Source: Syntrophales bacterium
Lineage (GTDB): Bacteria; Desulfobacterota; Syntrophia; Syntrophales; PHBD01
Reading direction: 5' to 3'
DNA: 64,000 nt
Assembly (NCBI GenBank): GCA_963668175.1
Contig: OY764159.1
Location: forward strand, 3,104,001 to 3,168,000
Shown piece after piece: positions 18,619 through 27,856 of the stretch. Both the position numbers and the translations under genes were made by a program. A model generated the notes under the pieces. The model searched no databases. It was not told where the DNA came from and worked only from the letters and a program-made list of their open reading frames with translations. How positions within the stretch are numbered: position 1 is the first letter of the stretch; each line of letters starts with the position of its first letter.

Positions 18619-20157
18619 ATGAAGACCATGCAATGGAGTCTGACGCTTTTGGCTGTCAGCCTTTGTTTCGCCGTGGCCTGCCGGGCCGACAAAACGAAGG
18701 ACGCATCCATCCGTGATCCGGTGGTCGCCGGCAAGTTCTATTCCGCCACCGCCGCCAAGCTTAGACTGGGCATCGAGAAATTCATGCAGGACGCCCTGCC
18801 CGCTAGGGTTGGAAATCCCGTCGCCATCGTTGTGCCCCACGCAGGCTATATCTATTCCGGCCAGATCTGCGCCGACGGGTTCCGCCAGGCGGCGAACGGC
18901 AAATACGATACCGTCGTCATCCTCGGAACGAATCATACGAACGGCTCATTCCGGAAGGTCTCCCTCTATCCGGGCGGCGGTTTCCGCACCCCCCTGGGGG
19001 ACGTGCCGGTGGACAGGGACATTGTTGCCGCCCTGATCGCGGCGGCTCCCGAGGATTGCGTTTCCGACAAATCGCTCCATGCATCGGAGCATTCCGTCGA
19101 GGTCATGGTGCCCTTTATCCAGGTCGTTTTTCCCAAGGCGAAGATCGTGCCCGCCGTTGTCGGGTCGTCCGATCCGGAAATCACGGCCCGCTTCGGCCGG
19201 GCCCTGGCCAAAGTTTTAAAGAACAAACGGGCTCTGATCGTTGCCAGTTCCGATCTTTCCCACTATCCGGCGGCGGACGCCGCCGCCGTTGTCGACCGCG
19301 AGACGCTGGCGGCCATAGCCGGATTCGACCCCGCCGCCTTCCGGAAGGTCGCCGGGGCACGACCGGCCAAGGCCGTTTCCGAACTCCACACGCGGGCCTG
19401 CGGCGAAGCCCCGATCCTCGCCGCCATGGAAGCCGCACGCGCCCTGGGCGCCGTTCGCGGCGAGGTGATCAGTTATGCCCATTCGGGAGATGTATCCGTC
19501 GGCGACCGCTCGCGGGTGGTCGGTTACGGCGCCGTCGCTTTTACAGCAGAAGCGAAAGGCAAAGACGGCGCAACGGCAGCAGTACCCGCGCCAGTCGCCT
19601 CATCCTCCCCTCTCCGGCCTGAGGACAAGAAAGCACTTCTGGCTTTTTCCCGGGAAACCCTGTCCCGCATCTTCCTTACGGACACGGTGCCCCTGGCGAG
19701 GGGCTTTACTCCTAACTTACGGGAAACGCGGGGCGTTTTCGTGACCCTCAAGAAGAAGGGAGAACTGCGGGGCTGTATCGGCCGCATCGTCGGCGACGGC
19801 CCCCTGGACGAACTGGTCGGCACCATGACGCTCCAGTCGGCCTTCAGCGACAGTCGCTTCGATCCGCTTGCCCCGGCGGAACTTAAGGAAATCGAGATCG
19901 AAATCTCCGTTCTGACGCCCCTCATGGAAGTGTCTTCTCCCGCCGCCATCGTCGCCGGCCGTGACGGCGTTCTGCTCATCAAAGGGCGCCATTCCGCGGT
20001 CTTCCTGCCGCAGGTGGCAACGGAACAGGGATGGAACAGGGAAGTAATGCTCGACCACCTCTGCCGCAAGGCCGGGCTTCCGCCGGGAAGCTGGAAGGAG
20101 GGGGCGCGCTTGCAGGTTTTTCAGGCGGATGTGTTCGGCGAATCGGATTTCAGATAA
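18619..20157 (+). CDS. amrB: AmmeMemoRadiSam protein B (MEMO1-like) fused to protein A (AMMECR1-like), with lipoprotein-type signal
   Basis: B: PHAGYIYSG, EHSVEV, SSDLSHY, ACG, VVGY. A: GVFVTL, LRGCIG, EISVLT, FLPQVA, LCRKAGL. N-terminus MKTMQWSLTLLAVSLCFAVA-C. Confidence 0.92.
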   Translation: MKTMQWSLTLLAVSLCFAVACRADKTKDASIRDPVVAGKFYSATAAKLRLGIEKFMQDALPARVGNPVAIVVPHAGYIYSGQICADGFRQAANGKYDTVVILGTNHTNGSFRKVSLYPGGGFRTPLGDVPVDRDIVAALIAAAPEDCVSDKSLHASEHSVEVMVPFIQVVFPKAKIVPAVVGSSDPEITARFGRALAKVLKNKRALIVASSDLSHYPAADAAAVVDRETLAAIAGFDPAAFRKVAGARPAKAVSELHTRACGEAPILAAMEAARALGAVRGEVISYAHSGDVSVGDRSRVVGYGAVAFTAEAKGKDGATAAVPAPVASSSPLRPEDKKALLAFSRETLSRIFLTDTVPLARGFTPNLRETRGVFVTLKKKGELRGCIGRIVGDGPLDELVGTMTLQSAFSDSRFDPLAPAELKEIEIEISVLTPLMEVSSPAAIVAGRDGVLLIKGRHSAVFLPQVATEQGWNREVMLDHLCRKAGLPPGSWKEGARLQVFQADVFGESDFR

Positions 20158-20300
20158 CCGGGACGAAGAAAAGGCCTTCGGGCTTGAGTTGTGCGGCAGG
20201 CCCGGTGCCTGACCGTTCGCCGCCATCCGCCTCCTTATACTATCCCTGCGGAAGCCGTCACCGGTTCCCGGGGTGTCCTCATGAAAATATGCGATAGACC

Positions 20301-22487
20301 ATGACGGTACCTCTTCTCTCCATCGGACTGATTTCGATCCTGGCCCAGGTCGTCATACTCCGGGAATTGAACGTCGCCCTCTACGGGATTGAGCTCGTCT
20401 ACCTTTTCGCGCTGGGCCTCTGGCTGCTCTGGACGGCGGCGGGGGCCGTGGCCGGCGGCTTTGTCCGCTCCCCGTCCCGACGGGATATGGCGGCCTTCTT
20501 CATCCTCTTCGGACTGATTCTTCCCGGCGATATCGTCTTCATCCGGGGCAGCCGTCTTCTTTTCGGCGGTATGTCCGGAACCTACCTGTCCTTTTTCCAG
20601 CAGCTCACCGTGGCCGCTCTCTCGCTTCTGCCGGCGGGCTTCCTGTCCGGCGTGCTTTTCCAATGGACGGCCAGGGCCTATATCGAACCTAACCGGACGC
20701 TGGCCGCCGCCTATGCCGTCGAGAGCGCCGGTGGACTCATCGGCGGCCTTTTGTCGACCCTCTTTCTATACGTCGGTCTCGCGAACCTCGGCATCGCCCT
20801 GGTTTGCTCACTCGTTGCCGCTCTCACACCCCTGGCGTTGACAGCCAGACAGCCGTCCGTTCTCGGCAAGGCCAGGAAACCGGTATTCCTGAAGCTGGCG
20901 GCCATTCTCCTGGCCTGCGCCAGCCTTGCCCTCCTTTGGCAATCGCCCAACCTGGACCGCAGGCTGAACCGCTGGAACCACCCGGACCTCCTGGAAAGCA
21001 ACGATTCCCCCTACGGCCGGATCACCATGACCCGCCTCCAGGACCAGGTCTCGGTCTTCGAAAACGACGCCCTCGCCTTCGAAACGGAAGGGACCGAGGC
21101 CGAAGCCTTCTGCCATTTGGCGGCCCTCCAGCATCGGAACCCGCGGGAAATCCTCATCCTGGGGGGCGGCATCGAAGGGCTCGTCCGGGAGGCGCTGAAA
21201 CACCGGCCGCAACGGATCGACTATGTCGAACTGAATCCCGTACTCCTCGATCTCGTAACCCGCCACCTCCCCCAGGACATCGGAGCGTCCCTGAAGGCGC
21301 CCAACGTCAGGACCACGGTCGCCGATCCCCGGCGATACCTCCGGACAAGCGGCACCTACGACCTTATCCTCGTCGGCATGCCGGAGCCGGCGTCGGGCCA
21401 GGCCAACCGCTTTTACACGCGGGAGTTCTTCGTCCAATGCGCGGCAAAGCTGAAGCCGGGCGGCATCCTGGCCTTCCGTCTCCGCACGGCGGAGAACCTC
21501 TGGCCCCTGCCCCTCGTTCGCCGGAATGCAAGCATCTACCGCGCACTCCAGGCCGTCTTTCCCCATGTCCTCTTCCTGCCGGGAACGACGAACATCGTAA
21601 CCGCCTCGCGCGCGGCCCTGCCGGATGCGCCGGAGGTCATGTCCGGCCGCCTGCAGGAACGGAGAATCGCGACGCGGCTCGTATCGGCAAACTATATCCG
21701 GTATCTCTTCACCAACGACCGATTCGCCGCCATCCGGGACCTGCTTCAAAAGGGAACGGCGCCGCCCAACACGGACATAAGGCCCGTCTGCTACCAGTAC
21801 GCCTTCGTAATCTGGCTTTCCAAATTCTTCCCCGGCCTCACCCAGGCGGACCCGACCGCCATTATCGACAAGGGACTTTTTCATTCGCCCTTCGTGTGGT
21901 TTGCGGGATTGGCCCTTCCCGTTCTCTTTCTTCTCAGCCGCCTGCGGCCCGGCTTCCGCCGCCTCCTCCTTGTCGCGGTATCCGGTTTTCTCGGTATGGT
22001 CGCAGAGACGGTCCTCATTCTCTACTACCAGGTCAAATACGGGGTCCTCTACCGGGACATCGGCCTTCTCCTCATGAGCTTCATGGCGGGACTGGCCCTC
22101 GGGGCCCTGGCGATGAACCGCCTGATGGACCGGCCGTTCGGCGGACTCAAGAAGCCGCGCAGGTACGGCGCAGCGACGCTCGCCGGCTTCGCCCTCCTCT
22201 GCGCGTATCTGGCCTGGACCGTCTCCGGCAGTGCCGCCGCGGGACTGGTGCATACATCCATCTTGCTCTTTTCGGCAGGACTTTTCGTCGCGGCGATCTT
22301 CTCCTACGCGGCCCTCCATGAAATCGAAGACCAGACCCGGATCATCGGCCCGTTCTATGCCGCAGACCTCGCAGGCGGATGCATGGGCTCGCTCATGGCC
22401 AGCCTGGTCTTTATTCCATTGACCGGCATGGATACGTCGGCAATGGGAATGCTCTTTCTTGCCGTTCTTTCGGTATTGCTGATCTAG
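20301..22487 (+). CDS. Polytopic membrane protein with a central spermidine-synthase-like SAM-binding domain
   Basis: About 7 N-terminal TMs, SPYGRI, LILGGGIEG, YVELNP, ADPRRY, NRFYTREFF, LKPGG, then a C-terminal TM block with YAADLAG. Confidence 0.82.
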   Translation: MTVPLLSIGLISILAQVVILRELNVALYGIELVYLFALGLWLLWTAAGAVAGGFVRSPSRRDMAAFFILFGLILPGDIVFIRGSRLLFGGMSGTYLSFFQQLTVAALSLLPAGFLSGVLFQWTARAYIEPNRTLAAAYAVESAGGLIGGLLSTLFLYVGLANLGIALVCSLVAALTPLALTARQPSVLGKARKPVFLKLAAILLACASLALLWQSPNLDRRLNRWNHPDLLESNDSPYGRITMTRLQDQVSVFENDALAFETEGTEAEAFCHLAALQHRNPREILILGGGIEGLVREALKHRPQRIDYVELNPVLLDLVTRHLPQDIGASLKAPNVRTTVADPRRYLRTSGTYDLILVGMPEPASGQANRFYTREFFVQCAAKLKPGGILAFRLRTAENLWPLPLVRRNASIYRALQAVFPHVLFLPGTTNIVTASRAALPDAPEVMSGRLQERRIATRLVSANYIRYLFTNDRFAAIRDLLQKGTAPPNTDIRPVCYQYAFVIWLSKFFPGLTQADPTAIIDKGLFHSPFVWFAGLALPVLFLLSRLRPGFRRLLLVAVSGFLGMVAETVLILYYQVKYGVLYRDIGLLLMSFMAGLALGALAMNRLMDRPFGGLKKPRRYGAATLAGFALLCAYLAWTVSGSAAAGLVHTSILLFSAGLFVAAIFSYAALHEIEDQTRIIGPFYAADLAGGCMGSLMASLVFIPLTGMDTSAMGMLFLAVLSVLLI

Positions 22488-22638
22488 AGAGGCGCCGGGT
22501 CGAACCGCGCCCCTGACGCCGCCTTTAACCGGGTTTGATAATCGTTTGGCTTTCTTTCTTCCTCTTATCTGGTATGATGATTACAAGTACATTTACAATC
22601 CGGACGGGGACTTTTCTTTTGGCGGAGAACGGAAGACC

Positions 22639-23421
22639 ATGGACCGATTCCCGGAAAAGCAGGTGACGATAGACTTCTTTAAGGCCGTATGGCCTGCATT
22701 TGCCGCTCAGGCCGTCATTCTGCTCGTCCCATTGTTTTTCCAGGAGTTCTCTCTTCAATCCGGAACCAGGTCGGTCTGGATGGTCATCTTTCGCTTCCTG
22801 CGTCTTTCGGTCTTCCTGCTCGTGCCGATCCTGTTCCTACGCAGGATTCTCGCTCTCGCCGGTTCCCTGTTTCAGATCGGCGCACGGGAGCTGGTCCAGA
22901 TTCGGCAGGAAAGCATGGAGAAGATATCGCCTCTCAAAAACTGGCTGCTCAGGCCGCTCCAGGGAATCGGCGTTTCCATGCTCGTCGCGACAAAATTGAT
23001 CGTGCTTCTGGAGATATACAGCGGCGAAGGTATTGCGGCATCCGTCTTCCTGCCCCCGCCGATGTTCAGCCTGCAGAGATTTTTCGTGACGGCCGCCATG
23101 GCCTTCGCCGTTTCCTTGGTGCTGTCCTCTCTGTGGACCCTGGAGGACCTCGGCATTCGCTTGTATAACCGGAAAACCCGTGAAATCCGGAAGATCGGCA
23201 AATACTTCGGCCTGATCCTTCCTCTTGTTCTCGGGTTCTACGGACTGATGAGTCTTTCCCATACCCACGCCACGGCCATGGCCATACGATACTTCATAAT
23301 GATGGCCATGATCCTTTATCCGCCGTTTCTGATCCTCAACGTTTTTCATGCCTTTTATATCAACAGAAACGAAAACCGTCTGCTTACAGTCCTGCGTGTG
23401 AAAGCGAAAATGGCCCTCTAA
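22639..23421 (+). CDS. Hypothetical multi-pass membrane protein
   Basis: About six hydrophobic segments; ATG after GGAG; no recognised motif. Confidence 0.7.
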   Translation: MDRFPEKQVTIDFFKAVWPAFAAQAVILLVPLFFQEFSLQSGTRSVWMVIFRFLRLSVFLLVPILFLRRILALAGSLFQIGARELVQIRQESMEKISPLKNWLLRPLQGIGVSMLVATKLIVLLEIYSGEGIAASVFLPPPMFSLQRFFVTAAMAFAVSLVLSSLWTLEDLGIRLYNRKTREIRKIGKYFGLILPLVLGFYGLMSLSHTHATAMAIRYFIMMAMILYPPFLILNVFHAFYINRNENRLLTVLRVKAKMAL

Positions 23422-23695
23422 TTGTCAGCGAGGAAATACTCCGCCCGCCTGCCAAACGGCTTTCTTTAAAAAAGCCTCCCGGTTCGTGCCGGAAGACGGT
23501 CGAGCGGTCAACGTTCTGCACATTGACGCCGAACTGCAGCCGGAAGTCCGTCGCTGCCGCCTTCCTGAAGGCGTTACACGGTTATTCGCCGTTCTTGAAT
23601 TAAAGTCAGAAATTCATACCTCCCGGATCAAAATGTGTTAGTATCGAATCGGAAGGACCCCATAAGGCGGCCAAGACAAAGGGGATAAGAACTCT

Positions 23696-24379
23696 GTGAA
23701 AACAACCGTTTTTCTAATGTCGTTGATTCTTCTCACCCTGTTGGGATGCGCGGGAAACATCCGGAACATATCGGCCGCCTACGATCCGGCCGAATCGGTC
23801 ATTGTAGGCCATATCCAGACTGTCCCCATCCTATGGGACTTTATCCTCTACGACGAGAAGAACCATCGGGAGAACTCCGTCGAAATCGCCGGACCCGGTT
23901 ACGGCCTGACCAAGGCCGGCCAACTCCAGAACCGGGGCTATATCTTCAAGATGATCCGCGCCGGCTCGTACATGCTCCGTCTTCGGAAAGTGAGCGGCGG
24001 CGATTACGCATACGACGATATCCTGCGCTTCGATATTCCGCCGGGGACATTGATCTATTTCGGCACAATCAAAGTTGTGGTCGACCAGGTCATGATGGAT
24101 CCATCCGGATCGCGCCCAGGCGGCCGCAGCCAGGCGCCCCTGATGTTCAGGTACCGCTTCGTCGGCGCCGATGAGGACGATACGCTGCAGCAGTTTGCGA
24201 AGCAGTACCCCGGGATTTACGAGGCCTACAAGTCGCGCATCGTCCGCATCCAGTCCCACTCCCCTTCGCGCCGCCCCAAGGAGTATATTTATCTTCCCGC
24301 CGCGCCGTCCCTGGCCTCTCTGACCTTGAGACCTCGGGGATCGGGCGCGCCGCATATCGCCAAGGAGGTTTCACCATGA
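23696..24379 (+). CDS. Hypothetical lipoprotein
   Basis: MKTTVFLMSLILLTLLG-C lipobox; its stop overlaps the next start (ATGA). Confidence 0.75.
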   Translation: MKTTVFLMSLILLTLLGCAGNIRNISAAYDPAESVIVGHIQTVPILWDFILYDEKNHRENSVEIAGPGYGLTKAGQLQNRGYIFKMIRAGSYMLRLRKVSGGDYAYDDILRFDIPPGTLIYFGTIKVVVDQVMMDPSGSRPGGRSQAPLMFRYRFVGADEDDTLQQFAKQYPGIYEAYKSRIVRIQSHSPSRRPKEYIYLPAAPSLASLTLRPRGSGAPHIAKEVSP

Positions 24380-24687
24380 TCTGCATGCTCGTTGAAGTCC
24401 ATATCAAACCCACGGCCATCGACGAATTCCTCGAACTGATGACGTACGATGCGACCGTCTCCGTGCGCGACGAACCCGGCTGCCTGCGTTTCGATATCAT
24501 GAGGGACAACGACGATCCCTGTAATTTCTTCTTCTCCGAGGTTTACCGGGACGAGGCCGCACGGCTGGCCCACCGTGAGACGCCGCATTTCGCCATGTGG
24601 ATGAAATTCGCCGCCGGAGGCCTGGACCGCGAGCCCGTCCGGCATGCCACGACGGTCGTCCATCCGCCGGATGAAGCGTGGCGGTGA
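24376..24687 (+). CDS. Antibiotic biosynthesis monooxygenase (ABM/LsrG-like) family protein
   Basis: EPGCLRFD, EVYRDEAA, HRETPHF; RBS AAGGAGG. Confidence 0.9.
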   Translation: MICMLVEVHIKPTAIDEFLELMTYDATVSVRDEPGCLRFDIMRDNDDPCNFFFSEVYRDEAARLAHRETPHFAMWMKFAAGGLDREPVRHATTVVHPPDEAWR

Positions 24688-24795
24688 TGCAACAGCCTGT
24701 CATCGTCTATCCAGGCGATAACTGTCCAGTCGCAACGTGAGTTTTGAAGCAGGTTGAGACATTTTTTTACCCAAGCGAAGAAAGGGGGATTGCAG

Positions 24796-26082
24796 ATGGC
24801 TGACCGTATCGTACACACCGCAAAAATGGCCTGGGTGCTGGACCCGAACGAACCCATGCAAGGTCCCGTTGCCGACGGAGGCACGATTGTGGCCCGCGTA
24901 TCGCCCGGCTGCTGGGGAGCGATGATTACACCCGATTATGCCAGCGGCCACGAAGTAACCCATCCCATCGCCGTTGCCGGAGCGGAGATCGGCGACAGCG
25001 TCGCGCTCAAGATCCGGAAGATCAATATCCTGTCTCTGGCCACGACGTCGGGGACCGACAGCTTCATCGAAGGGCACTTCGTCGGCGACCCGTTCGTCGC
25101 CAAACAGTGTCCCGGCTGCGGACTGATCAACCCGAAGACGTACCTGGAAGGCGTCGGCGAAGACGCCGTCCGCTGCGCGGCCTGCAAGACCGCCGTCAAG
25201 CCGTTTCACCTGGACAACGGCTATACCATGCTCTTCAATGCCGACAGGACCGTCGGCGTCACCGTCCCGCCGGAGATGTCCAATGAGATTGCCCGCCAGT
25301 CCCAGTATTTCAGCGCCCTGCCGCCCGGATCGTGCCAGTATTCCTCCAATCTCCTGGCGAAAGGCGACCTTCCCGGTGTCCTCGCACGGGTCCGCCCCAT
25401 GGTGGGCAACATCGGGTCCTGTCCGTCGGTGGCCCTCCCGTCTTCGCATAATGCCGGCGATTTCGGCTCCTTCTTGATCAACGCCCCCCATAAATACGCC
25501 CTGACGCCGGACCAGCTCCTCAAGCGCACGGACGGCCACATGGACATCAACGAGGTGGGCGAAGGGGCGGCGGTCATCGTCCCGGTGAAAGTCGCCCGGG
25601 CGGGGATATACGTGGGCGACGTCCACGCCATGATGGGCGACGGCGAGGTGGCGGGCCATACTACGGACGTCTCCGCCGAAGTCATTATCACCGTCGGCGT
25701 GATCAAGGGACTCGCCATAGACGGCCCCGTCGTTTTGCCTCGTCCCGAAGACCTGCCGTACCTGGCGCGGCCCTATACTGCGGCGGAAAGGGACGAAGCA
25801 GGCCGGTTCACCCGGAGTTACGGATTCCCCGTCGAGACCGACGCCTATCCGCTGCAGGTGGTGGGGTCCGGTTCTGACCTGAACGCGGCAACGGCCAACG
25901 GACTCACACGAATGGCGAACCTCACGGGTCTTTCGCTTGCGGAAGTGAAGAACCGGGCCACGATCACGGGGGACATCCAGATCGGGCGGCTGCCGGGGAT
26001 CGTGCAGGTGACGATGCTTGCCCCCGCTGCGGTTCTTAAAAAGTTAAATCTCCTGGACCTTTACCGGGAACAGTATTCCTGA
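24796..26082 (+). CDS. Acetamidase/formamidase family protein
   Basis: GHEVTHPIAVAGAEIGD, DGHMDINEV, GDVHAMMGDGE; CPGC...CAAC insert. Confidence 0.88.
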   Translation: MADRIVHTAKMAWVLDPNEPMQGPVADGGTIVARVSPGCWGAMITPDYASGHEVTHPIAVAGAEIGDSVALKIRKINILSLATTSGTDSFIEGHFVGDPFVAKQCPGCGLINPKTYLEGVGEDAVRCAACKTAVKPFHLDNGYTMLFNADRTVGVTVPPEMSNEIARQSQYFSALPPGSCQYSSNLLAKGDLPGVLARVRPMVGNIGSCPSVALPSSHNAGDFGSFLINAPHKYALTPDQLLKRTDGHMDINEVGEGAAVIVPVKVARAGIYVGDVHAMMGDGEVAGHTTDVSAEVIITVGVIKGLAIDGPVVLPRPEDLPYLARPYTAAERDEAGRFTRSYGFPVETDAYPLQVVGSGSDLNAATANGLTRMANLTGLSLAEVKNRATITGDIQIGRLPGIVQVTMLAPAAVLKKLNLLDLYREQYS

Positions 26083-26095
26083 CGGAAACGATCAT

Positions 26096-26140
26096 GGGGC
26101 GCTCCCGGCGTCCGATTCGCCGGGACCGCCCCCTTTCCTT
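26096..26140 (+). terminator. Putative intrinsic terminator
   Basis: ggggcgctcccggcg / cgccgggaccgcccc hairpin followed by tttcctt. Confidence 0.5.
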
Positions 26141-26210
26141 CCACCGAATGATGCTCCGGTTATGGTTCCTCGGAACGTGTCCGCTAATCGCCGACCACTA
26201 TAAATATCCT

Positions 26211-26239
26211 TTGACATTCTAGAATATATATTCTAGTAT
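26211..26239 (+). promoter_or_regulatory. tetR promoter with a perfect 18-bp palindromic operator
   Basis: TTGACA(26211)-17 bp-TAGTAT(26234); CTAGAATATATATTCTAG at 26219-26236. Confidence 0.8.
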
Positions 26240-26249
26240 ATATTCATCT

Positions 26250-26831
26250 ATGGGACGACTTGCCCGTTTCACAAACGATCAATTCATCGATGCGGCCATG
26301 AAAATCGCGGCCGAGGAGGGACCGGCGGCGGTAACGGTTGCCGCCGTGGCCCGCGAGATCGGCGCGCCCGTCGGGTCCGTCTATCACCGGTTTCTCTCAC
26401 GCGACGTTCTGCTCGCCGAGGTGTGGATCAAGATCGTCGCCGCTTTTCAGGAGGCCTTTCTCATACTCCTGGAAAACGGCAAGGGGCTTGAGGCGGCCCT
26501 GCACACACCGCGCTGGGTGCGGCAGCATCCCGCCGAGGCCCGGATCATCCTCCTCTACCGGCGGGAAGAACTGGTAGCCGGAGACTGGCCTGCGGACCTG
26601 AAATCGAGGGCGCTGGACCTCAAGCGCCGTCTCGACGACGGCATCGTCGCCTTCGCCGCAGCGGCCTTCGGCCGCGCCGGCCGCGAAGAGATTGAAAGGA
26701 CGGTCTTCGCCCTCGTCGACGTACCGTACGGCGCCGTCATCCGCTACATCAGGCAGGGCAGGAAACCGCCCCGCGAGATCGACGGATTCATCAGGCAGAC
26801 CTATACAGCCATCATGCGTGCGGAAGAATAG
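26250..26831 (+). CDS. TetR/AcrR family transcriptional regulator
   Basis: VTVAAVAREIGAPVGSVYHRF helix-turn-helix. Confidence 0.92.
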   Translation: MGRLARFTNDQFIDAAMKIAAEEGPAAVTVAAVAREIGAPVGSVYHRFLSRDVLLAEVWIKIVAAFQEAFLILLENGKGLEAALHTPRWVRQHPAEARIILLYRREELVAGDWPADLKSRALDLKRRLDDGIVAFAAAAFGRAGREEIERTVFALVDVPYGAVIRYIRQGRKPPREIDGFIRQTYTAIMRAEE

Positions 26832-26928
26832 AGGCCGAAAGCGCGGCGAAGATCGACAATACATACGGCCTCCGCCGGGGGACGACTCCGGCCCGCATAT
26901 TTCACTGCCGCCGAAAGGGGAACGAAAC

Positions 26929-27768
26929 ATGGGACTGCTTCTCGGCGATCGCCTGCCGGACAAAATCTTCCGTTACTTTCAGACAGAGTCGATGACCGGC
27001 GTGGCCTCGACAGTCGATCGGGACGGTTTTCCCCGCGGCGCGCCCATGGGCCTGTTCCATGCCCTCGATGAAAAGCACATATTGATGGCGGCGCAAAAGG
27101 ATTCGGCCACCTTCAAAAACGCCGTCCGCAACGGCACGGTGGCGCTCAGCTTCATTGTCGGCGGCGGTACGTCCTTCTCCATCCAGGGGCATGCGCAGCT
27201 GTTCAAGAAAGCGATGGTTTCAAACGACTTGTTCGGATCTCTCTTCATCGAGATCGAATCGTTCAAGAGCGACATGGACATGGCGATTGAAGTCATCGTC
27301 AACCCGATTGTCGTAAAATCCGCCCTGCCCGGCTGGCCGGAGATGATCGCCGGTCTTCTTTCCGAACTTCGCAGCCATACGCTGAAGGAAGCGCTCAAAT
27401 CCCTCGATGTCATCCCCAACCCGCTTTTCATCGTCAGGCGCAAGCAGATCGAGACGCGGCGCCGGATACTGGACAGCATCCAGGGGCGGAGGATCGATGT
27501 GTCGTATCAGTGGCTCCTGTGGGATTACAACGGCATCGGAGGTGCGGAAGACTGGAAGGACTGCGTCGCCCTGCTCGGCGCGGGCAACACCCTGTTCATT
27601 TACGACGGCAACGGCGACCTCAAGTTCAGCCGCCCGTTGGACCGGTTCATGTTCAAGGCCTTCGAGGAGCTCATCATGATCTCCTGGTTCGACGACGAGA
27701 TGGACAAGATCTACTACAGCCTGGAAATCCCGGTGAAGCTCGACTTCACGAAACTGGCCGGATTGTGA
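26929..27768 (+). CDS. Pyridoxamine 5'-phosphate oxidase-like (split-barrel) domain fused to an unrecognised C-terminal domain
   Basis: ASTVDRDGFPRGAP, SATFKNAVRNGTVAL; about 120 extra C-terminal residues; RBS AAGGGG. Confidence 0.7.
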   Translation: MGLLLGDRLPDKIFRYFQTESMTGVASTVDRDGFPRGAPMGLFHALDEKHILMAAQKDSATFKNAVRNGTVALSFIVGGGTSFSIQGHAQLFKKAMVSNDLFGSLFIEIESFKSDMDMAIEVIVNPIVVKSALPGWPEMIAGLLSELRSHTLKEALKSLDVIPNPLFIVRRKQIETRRRILDSIQGRRIDVSYQWLLWDYNGIGGAEDWKDCVALLGAGNTLFIYDGNGDLKFSRPLDRFMFKAFEELIMISWFDDEMDKIYYSLEIPVKLDFTKLAGL

Positions 27769-27856
27769 TCTCCCGACCGGCCCGTCATGACAACGGCCGA
27801 GGTCCGTCGCACGCCGGCAAGTCCTCCCCGCATCCCTTCAATTGACGAGAGAAGAA

